Both the position numbers and the translations under genes were made by a program. A stretch of DNA of 12,661 bases, from positions 3,715 through 16,375 of the forward strand of contig JAYEOX010000011.1 of the NCBI GenBank assembly GCA_034723415.1, in the 5' to 3' direction. Below, piece after piece: positions 6,103 to 12,661 of the stretch. This DNA is from Fidelibacterota bacterium (GTDB lineage Bacteria > Fidelibacterota > Fidelibacteria > Fidelibacterales > Fidelibacteraceae). The number at the start of each line of letters is the position of its first letter. The first letter of the stretch is position 1. Under the pieces are notes generated by a model that worked only from the letters and a program-made list of their open reading frames with translations, had not been told where the DNA came from and made no database searches.

Positions 6103-7341
6103 TCATTGCTTACTCCTTATTGCTTCTAATGGTTTTATTCTATTTGCTTTTTTTGCCGGATACCAAGATGAAAAACTGATCACCAATGACAATGTAATAA
6201 ATGTAATAATCACATCAAGAAATTGCACATCTACAGGTAAATATTTCATAATATAAATATCGCCTCCGCCCGGCAGATGAATAAATGGAAAATATTGTTG
6301 TAAAAGTAAAATGGTCAGTGAAAAAATTATACCGAATATCATACCACTTCCACCGGTCAACCAACCAAGATAAAAGTATAATCGAAAGGATTTTTTATCA
6401 TTCATTCCCATACTTTTTAATATTCCAACTTCCCATCTTTTTTCTAATAGTAGCATTAATAATGAACTAATCAAATTAAATCCGGAAAGAACAATTATCA
6501 AATTCAAAACAATAAAAGTTCCTATCTTTTCTATCTGCATTGCAGAAAATACTTCTTTATGATCCTCTTCCCAAGTTGAAATATATTTACCTTTTACTCC
6601 TAATTCTACAATTTCTTTTTTAATTTTTTCTTTATTGAATTTTTTATCTCCGGCAACTTCTAAATAGTGATTTAATGGATCATCTAAAAGATATTTCATA
6701 TCTGCAATATGAATAAATGCACGAAAATCATAATCAAAAATATCTACTTGAAAAATATCATTTACAATACATTCCATTGTTGGAGCAGAATATGTTTTAA
6801 TATCCAAAGGACTTATTAATGAAATTGTATCGCCAATTGCAATATTTAAATAACCTGCAATTTGAGCTCCAATTGCAATTTCAGGAAAATTTGTGGTTTC
6901 GATATTATCTGTTAAAAAACCACCTCTAAAAAGATATGGCTCAATTTCAATTATTTTTTTATACGAATTAGGTGAAACACCTTTTACCAAAGATAATTGT
7001 TGCCCCTGTGAATTAGATATAATTAATTTTCTCTCTACGATCGGAGAAACCTCATCAACATTTTCCAATTCTGAAATTTTTATTTGTAGATCTTCTTGAA
7101 ATTCTTTAGAATAATCTTTAACAAAAACCCTAATATCCGGCTCAAAATTTACTGCTCTATCAACGATCGTTTTCTTAAAACCATTCATTACACTCAATGA
7201 AGACAAAATTGCAAATGTGCCGATAAATGCTCCGAGAATTGTAATAATTGAGATAACAGAAACCATTTTAACTTTTTTTCTTGTACGAAAATAGCGAAAT
7301 GCCAGCCAGAAAATTGTTCTATTTTTTTTATCTTTTTTCAT
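6103..7341 (-). CDS. Lipoprotein-releasing ABC transporter permease, LolC/E family
   Basis: 412 aa. N-terminal TM ending LSVMNGF, large periplasmic domain, three C-terminal TMs with EKRWEVGILKSMG and WYPAKKANRIKPLEAIR. Confidence 0.9.
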   Translation of the reverse strand: MKKDKKNRTIFWLAFRYFRTRKKVKMVSVISIITILGAFIGTFAILSSLSVMNGFKKTIVDRAVNFEPDIRVFVKDYSKEFQEDLQIKISELENVDEVSPIVERKLIISNSQGQQLSLVKGVSPNSYKKIIEIEPYLFRGGFLTDNIETTNFPEIAIGAQIAGYLNIAIGDTISLISPLDIKTYSAPTMECIVNDIFQVDIFDYDFRAFIHIADMKYLLDDPLNHYLEVAGDKKFNKEKIKKEIVELGVKGKYISTWEEDHKEVFSAMQIEKIGTFIVLNLIIVLSGFNLISSLLMLLLEKRWEVGILKSMGMNDKKSFRLYFYLGWLTGGSGMIFGIIFSLTILLLQQYFPFIHLPGGGDIYIMKYLPVDVQFLDVIITFITLSLVISFSSWYPAKKANRIKPLEAIRSKQ

Positions 7342-7346
7342 TGTCT

Positions 7347-8570
7347 TTATTCGTATCTTAATATTTCTACAGGTTTGATTTTTGAAGCTTTGCGTGCAGG
7401 AATGTAAGAAGCAATTACCGCTAATATCAATCCGATAATTGAAACAATTGATATTGATAATATAGAAATATCTATTGGGATTTTATCAATAAAATATACA
7501 TCAGCGGAAATCTTGAACAATCCAAATCTCATCTGAACAAATTCCAAAATCTTTGCAATAATAGTTCCAAAAACAATTCCCATAATACTGATGATCATTC
7601 CTTCAGCGATCACTACTTTTTTAATTTTTGATGGTTTCATTCCCATTGATTTCAAAATTGCAATATCCTTTTCTTTAACTAAAATCAGCATTATCAAAGT
7701 GGAAATAATATTCACGATCGCTACCAATGCAATCAAACCAAAAACAATCATAACAGGTGCTTTTTGTGTATCTAACCACTTGAATAGAATTGAATTTCGT
7801 TCTCTCCAAGTAGTTGAATAATATGGAAATGAGAAATTATTTTCAATCCATTCTGACATCTCTTTAGCCAATGAAGCATCATTTAATAAAATATTGTAAC
7901 CAGTAATAGATTTGCTCATATCGAACACTTTTTTACCTGCAATTAATGAAGTATAAGCTAAACTTTTATCATATTCTTTCATTCCGGTTGTGAATATTCC
8001 TGTAACTATCGCCGGATGTATTTTCAATGGATTAAACATTGATGGAGTACCGTTCATAACAAGAATATCAAGCGTATCTTCTATTTCCACTGAGATATTT
8101 TGAGCAATTCCTTTCCCTAAATATATTCCCGGAATTTCACTATTCGGCAGATCAAATTTCAATTCTCCCTGCATTAATTCTTTTGAAGGAAACATTATTC
8201 TTCTGAAATCAGTTTCTGACATACATTCTAATAAGATTCCTTCAGTTTCACCTTCATTTCTTAACATTGCCTCAGAATTTATAAATGGTGCTGAATAGAC
8301 AACATATTCATTTTTCATCAATTTTTTTTGTAAGGAATCGTTGTCTTTAATTCTATCATTTCTTAAACTCAGTAATCTGACATGACCGTCAAAACCGGTA
8401 ATTTTGTCAATCATATTTTTTTCGAATCCATTTAAAATTCCAATTGTGATCAATAATGCCACAACTCCAATCGTCAAACCAAGAATTGCTAATAAACGAA
8501 TGAATGAAACATATTTTGATTTATGTTTTTGAAATAAGCTTTTCTTTGCAAGATAAAATTCGAATTTCAT
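7347..8570 (-). CDS. Lipoprotein-releasing ABC transporter permease, LolC/E family
   Basis: 407 aa. GVVALLITIGILNGFE, KEKDIAILKSMG, VYFIDKIP, YIPARKASKIKPVEILRYE. Confidence 0.92.
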   Translation of the reverse strand: MKFEFYLAKKSLFQKHKSKYVSFIRLLAILGLTIGVVALLITIGILNGFEKNMIDKITGFDGHVRLLSLRNDRIKDNDSLQKKLMKNEYVVYSAPFINSEAMLRNEGETEGILLECMSETDFRRIMFPSKELMQGELKFDLPNSEIPGIYLGKGIAQNISVEIEDTLDILVMNGTPSMFNPLKIHPAIVTGIFTTGMKEYDKSLAYTSLIAGKKVFDMSKSITGYNILLNDASLAKEMSEWIENNFSFPYYSTTWRERNSILFKWLDTQKAPVMIVFGLIALVAIVNIISTLIMLILVKEKDIAILKSMGMKPSKIKKVVIAEGMIISIMGIVFGTIIAKILEFVQMRFGLFKISADVYFIDKIPIDISILSISIVSIIGLILAVIASYIPARKASKIKPVEILRYE

Positions 8571-8611
8571 TTATTATTCATTTTTTTCTAAATTAATTTT
8601 TATATTTCACA

Positions 8612-8640
8612 ATTTTATGATTTTTCTAAATTACTTGCAA
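8612..8640 (-). promoter_or_regulatory. Candidate internal sigma70 promoter for the lol genes
   Basis: Minus strand TTGCAA (8640-8635), 17 bp, TAAAAT (8617-8612) in the 84-bp lysS-lol spacer. Confidence 0.45.
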
Positions 8641-8654
8641 AAATTGAATCACTT

Positions 8655-10157
8655 CTACTCATTTTTCTTCTTCATTTGTGGAAAAAACAACACATCTTTT
8701 ATTGATGCTTGACCTGTAAATAACATTATTACCCTGTCCAATCCGATACCGACTCCGCCGGTTGGTGGCATTCCATATTCCATTGCTTGTAAAAAATCTT
8801 CATCCACAACTTGCGCCTCTTTATCACCTTGATCTCTCAATTTTGCCTGTGATTCCAAGCGTTCTCTTTGATCAACCGGATCGGTTAATTCCGAAAATGA
8901 ATTTACATATTCTTCTTTTCCAATAAATAACTCAAATCTCTCAACTAATTTTTCATTTCCGTCCCTTTTTGTTTTCGCAAGTGGTGAAATTTCTTTCGGA
9001 TAATCGGTTACAAAAGTCGGCTGAATTAAATGCTTTTCAACAAATTCTTTAAATAATCCATCAATAAATTGTCCATAATTCCATTTTGGATCGTATTCAA
9101 ACTTTTTCTCTTCACAAAGTGAAATTAATTCTTCTTTCCCATAATCGCTAATATCAACTTCTAAGTATTCTTCAAAAAGATCGAACATACTTATTCGCTG
9201 GAATGGTTTATTAAAGTCAATTTTATTGCCATCAAATTCAATTTCTAATGAACCTAATGTTTCGGCAATGTCTTTGAAATATTCTTCCACCATATCCATC
9301 ATATAATTAAAATCAACATAAGCTTCATAAAATTCAATTGCAGAAAATTCAGGATTATGGCTTTTATCCATGCCTTCGTTACGAAAATTTTTACATATTT
9401 CATATACCTTATCAAAACCACCTATGATCAATCGTTTTAAGTAAAGTTCGTCAGCAATTCTTAAAAATAAATTCATTCCTAAAGTGTTGTGATATGTCTC
9501 AAACGGTCTGGCATTTGCTCCACCATATATTGGTTGTAAAATTGGTGTTTCAACTTCCAAATAACCTTTTTCATCAAAAAATTTACGTGTAGCAGCAATA
9601 ATTTTTGTTCTTTTCACAAATGTCTCTTTTACATCGGGATTTAATATCAGATCAAGATATCTTTTTCTATACCGTTGCTCCTTATCGGAAAATGTATCAT
9701 GAAGAACTCCATCTTTTTCCTTTACAATTGGTAATGGTCTAATGTTTTTGGTCAATAACTCTAATTCTAAAACCTTCACAGTTATTTCACCGGTTCTGGT
9801 CTTCATCACAATTCCTTTACAACCAATAAAATCACCAATATCAAGCATTTTAAATAATTTATATTTATCTTCACCAATATCTTTTTTTGAAACATATAAT
9901 TGAATTTTTGCAGTTGAATCAGTAACATTTGCGAAACTTGCTTTGCCCATTTTTCTTATTGCCATTAATCTTCCTGCAATTGCAACTTCTTTATTTTCAA
10001 ATTTATCATAATTTTCTAATATTGATTTATTTTTATGAGTAACAGAATAATTATAGGAAAATGGATTGATTCCTAAATCTTTTATTTGTTTGATTTTTTC
10101 TTTTCTTTGTGAAATAATTGTTTTCAATGTAGAGTGCTTCTCTTCAATACTTGACAT
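8655..10157 (-). CDS. lysS: Lysine--tRNA ligase (class II)
   Basis: 500 aa. OB-fold RKMGKASF, YLEVETPIL, GGANARPF, motif 2 FRNEG..HNPEF, motif 3 YGMPPTGGVGIGLDR; SD GGGAG; adjacent to prfB. Confidence 0.98.
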   Translation of the reverse strand: MSSIEEKHSTLKTIISQRKEKIKQIKDLGINPFSYNYSVTHKNKSILENYDKFENKEVAIAGRLMAIRKMGKASFANVTDSTAKIQLYVSKKDIGEDKYKLFKMLDIGDFIGCKGIVMKTRTGEITVKVLELELLTKNIRPLPIVKEKDGVLHDTFSDKEQRYRKRYLDLILNPDVKETFVKRTKIIAATRKFFDEKGYLEVETPILQPIYGGANARPFETYHNTLGMNLFLRIADELYLKRLIIGGFDKVYEICKNFRNEGMDKSHNPEFSAIEFYEAYVDFNYMMDMVEEYFKDIAETLGSLEIEFDGNKIDFNKPFQRISMFDLFEEYLEVDISDYGKEELISLCEEKKFEYDPKWNYGQFIDGLFKEFVEKHLIQPTFVTDYPKEISPLAKTKRDGNEKLVERFELFIGKEEYVNSFSELTDPVDQRERLESQAKLRDQGDKEAQVVDEDFLQAMEYGMPPTGGVGIGLDRVIMLFTGQASIKDVLFFPQMKKKNE

Positions 10158-10173
10158 TTTTCTCCCGAATTAT

Positions 10174-11277
10174 TTATTTATTTTTTTGTTTATATCTTAA
10201 ATATGATTTTATAAATCCGTCTATTTTACCATCCATAACAGCTTGAACATTTCCATCTTCATAATTTGTTCGTTTATCTTTTACCATTGAATATGGCTGA
10301 AAAACATAAGAGCGAATTTGACTTCCCCAAGCTATATCCTTTTTTTTACTCTCTAATTCTGCCTGTTTTTCTTTCTCTTCATCAACTTTCAATTGATATA
10401 ATTTTGATTTTAAAATTTTCATTGCTGCTTCTTTGTTTTGATGTTGTGATCTCTGATTTTGACAAGAAACTACAATTCCCGTTGGATTGTGTGTTATCCT
10501 AATTGCTGAATCCGTTTTATTTACATGTTGTCCACCGGCACCGCTCGCTCTGAATGTATCGATTCTTAAATCCTTTAGTTCAATGTTTATCTCAATATCG
10601 TCATCGATTTCCGGATATACAAAAACAGAGGCAAAACTCGTATGTCGCCGGGCATTTGAATCAAAAGGTGAAATTCTTACAAGTCGATGAACACCAATTT
10701 CTGATGACAAATATCCATAAACATATTGACCGGCAACTTCAATTACAACTTCTTTAATTCCGGCTTCATCTCCCGGTTGAAAATTAAGCACACTATATTT
10801 ATAGCCTTTTTTTTCAAACCAACGAGTGTACATTCTGTAAAGCATTTCCGCCCAATCGTGGCTTTCTGTTCCGCCTGCTCCGGGATGAATAATCAATATT
10901 GCATCTTTTTTATCATGTTCACCTGATAGAAGTTTTTCTGTTTCAAGATCATCTATAATTTCTGCGAATTCAGTAAGCAAAGAAGAAATATCTTCAATTT
11001 TACTTTCGCCTTCTTCAAGCATCATAAAATTTAATTCAATATCATCTTTAAGTTCATTAATATTTTGCCATCTCTTGATCTCAAATTCAATATCTGATAT
11101 TTTCTTATTTATCGTTTTTGCTTTGTTTTGATCATTCCAAAAATTAGGCACTAAAGTCATTTTTCTTAACTTTTCTAACTTTTCTTTTTTTTGTGAAATG
11201 AAAAGATATTTTTCGACCTCTTTTGCTTTTTGCAAAATACTATTAAATCTATCTTTTACTTGTTCTAATGTTTCCAA
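10174..11277 (-). CDS. prfB: Peptide chain release factor 2, continuous ORF without programmed frameshift
   Basis: 367 aa, TTG start. GAGGTES, RF2-specific SPF (VRISPFDS), GGQ (GAGGQHVNKTDSA), WGSQIRSYV. Confidence 0.97.
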   Translation of the reverse strand: METLEQVKDRFNSILQKAKEVEKYLFISQKKEKLEKLRKMTLVPNFWNDQNKAKTINKKISDIEFEIKRWQNINELKDDIELNFMMLEEGESKIEDISSLLTEFAEIIDDLETEKLLSGEHDKKDAILIIHPGAGGTESHDWAEMLYRMYTRWFEKKGYKYSVLNFQPGDEAGIKEVVIEVAGQYVYGYLSSEIGVHRLVRISPFDSNARRHTSFASVFVYPEIDDDIEINIELKDLRIDTFRASGAGGQHVNKTDSAIRITHNPTGIVVSCQNQRSQHQNKEAAMKILKSKLYQLKVDEEKEKQAELESKKKDIAWGSQIRSYVFQPYSMVKDKRTNYEDGNVQAVMDGKIDGFIKSYLRYKQKNK

Positions 11278-11306
11278 ATTTTAATTCTCTAAATAAAAAT
11301 ATTTAT

Positions 11307-12509
11307 TTATTTTTTAATAATTCTTTCAGTATCCATAGCAATTACTAATTCTTCATTGGTGGGAATAACCATAACTTTTACAGGCGAATCATCTGTAGAG
11401 ATCAATCCGGTTTTTCCACGAATTATATCTTCGTTTTTTTCTTCATCTAATTTTATTCCCATAAATTCAAGTCCTTTCAATGCACCTGTTCTGGTAATAG
11501 GTCCATTTTCACCTATTCCACCGGTAAAAACGATCCCATCAACTCCTCCTAAAACCCCGGCATACGAGGCAATATATTTTTTTAAACGATAATTATAAAC
11601 ATTCATAGCTAATTCTGCTTTTTTATTTCCATTTTCAATCGCTTCTTCAATTTCACGCATATCACTTGATAATTCTGATATTCCTTTTACTCCACTATGT
11701 TTATTTAATAGAATGTTAATTTCATTTCTGTCCATATTTTCTTTTGACATAATTTGAATTATCACACCTGCATCAATGTCGCCGGAACGTGTTCCCATTA
11801 ACAATCCTTCTAATGGAGTGAATCCCATTGATGTATCAATCGATTTACCATTTTTTATTGCAGTAATGGAAGCTCCATTTCCTAAATGACAAGTAATTAT
11901 TTTCAATTTGTTAATATCTTTATTATTTAATTCAGCAAATTTATTCGATACATAATAATGAGAAGTGCCATGAAATCCATAACGTCTAATGGCATATTTT
12001 TTATAGATTTCATAAGGAATTCCATAAGTATAGGCATAATCGGGCATTGTAGAATGAAACGCAGTATCAAAAACACCGACCATGGGAACATTCTTTAAAT
12101 GTTTCTGAGCAGCTTTTACACCTTTAATATTTGGCGGATTATGTAACGGAGCCAAATCAATACATTCGTTCAACACTTCCATAATTTTAGGTGTGATTAA
12201 AACACTTCCTCTAAAATGTTCCCCACCATGAACTAATCTATGACCAACAGCATCTATTTCCTCTAATTTTGAAATTACACCATATTTTTTATTTGTGAGA
12301 GCGGCAAGGACAAATTCTATCGCCATTTGATGATCATTAATAACACCTGAAAAAACATGTTTCTTCCCACTTGCACATTGATGTTTCAACTGAGAATTTT
12401 TTAAACCGATCCTTTCAACCAAACCCTTTGCTAAATATTTTTGGTTTTTAGTATTAATTAGTTGATATTTTACAGATGAGCTTCCTGAATTAATTACCAA
12501 TACTTTCAT
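11307..12509 (-). CDS. ackA: Acetate kinase
   Basis: 400 aa. INSGSSSVKY, GHRLVHGG, APLHNP, FDTAFH, RRYGFHGTSH, CHLGNGAS, FTGGIGEN, PTNEE; SD AAGGTGA. Confidence 0.97.
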   Translation of the reverse strand: MKVLVINSGSSSVKYQLINTKNQKYLAKGLVERIGLKNSQLKHQCASGKKHVFSGVINDHQMAIEFVLAALTNKKYGVISKLEEIDAVGHRLVHGGEHFRGSVLITPKIMEVLNECIDLAPLHNPPNIKGVKAAQKHLKNVPMVGVFDTAFHSTMPDYAYTYGIPYEIYKKYAIRRYGFHGTSHYYVSNKFAELNNKDINKLKIITCHLGNGASITAIKNGKSIDTSMGFTPLEGLLMGTRSGDIDAGVIIQIMSKENMDRNEINILLNKHSGVKGISELSSDMREIEEAIENGNKKAELAMNVYNYRLKKYIASYAGVLGGVDGIVFTGGIGENGPITRTGALKGLEFMGIKLDEEKNEDIIRGKTGLISTDDSPVKVMVIPTNEELVIAMDTERIIKK

Positions 12510-12553
12510 TTGATTTCACCTTATTATATTATTCAATTCAATTATTATCTGTA

Positions 12554-12582
12554 AATTTATGAATAAATATATTGTAATTCAA
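12554..12582 (-). promoter_or_regulatory. Candidate sigma70 promoter for the ackA-prfB-lysS operon
   Basis: Minus strand TTGAAT (12582-12577), 17 bp, TAAATT (12559-12554), 44 bp upstream of the ackA ATG. Confidence 0.4.
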
Positions 12583-12661
12583 TAAAATTCTACAAAGATT
12601 TTATTTTTACCTTTTAACATTATGTATAAATAAATGTTTTGTATTTATTGTTTTTTTATTT

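Noticed and set aside
2388..11592. Short ORFs in the track (2388-2570, 2958-3350, 4727-4945, 6285-6470, 6893-7099, 7591-7821, 10266-10502, 10487-10690, 10554-10757, 10726-10926, 11356-11592)
   Set aside because: All lie antisense to well-supported genes and show no recognisable motifs; they are shadow ORFs.
12600..12661. Short AT-only inverted repeat (AATAAAT...ATTTATT) at the window end
   Set aside because: Expected by chance in near-pure AT sequence, and the context is cut off by the window edge.

Overview
Very AT-rich bacterial window, probably from an FCB-superphylum organism such as a Marinimicrobia-like lineage (inferred from the LysS insert and a PorV-like barrel). The right two-thirds is a minus-strand housekeeping run: ackA, prfB, lysS, two LolC/E-type permeases, lolD, then a divergent PorV/PorQ-like outer-membrane protein. 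The left part has a divergent acyltransferase pair: a YghO/bacterial-ceramide-synthase-like GNAT protein co-oriented with a GltS-family Na+/glutamate symporter that runs off the window edge, and a stand-alone 2-oxo-acid-dehydrogenase E2 catalytic domain with no lipoyl domain. Between the two blocks is a frameshifted GxxExxY PD-(D/E)XK nuclease gene bracketed by 22-bp direct repeats plus an inverted copy, resembling a repeat-bounded mobile cassette. The spacers either side of lolD consist of degenerate 6-, 8- and 9-bp tandem arrays that may be empty sites or relics of similar cassettes. prfB lacks the usual programmed +1 frameshift. No rRNA, tRNA or CRISPR array was seen.
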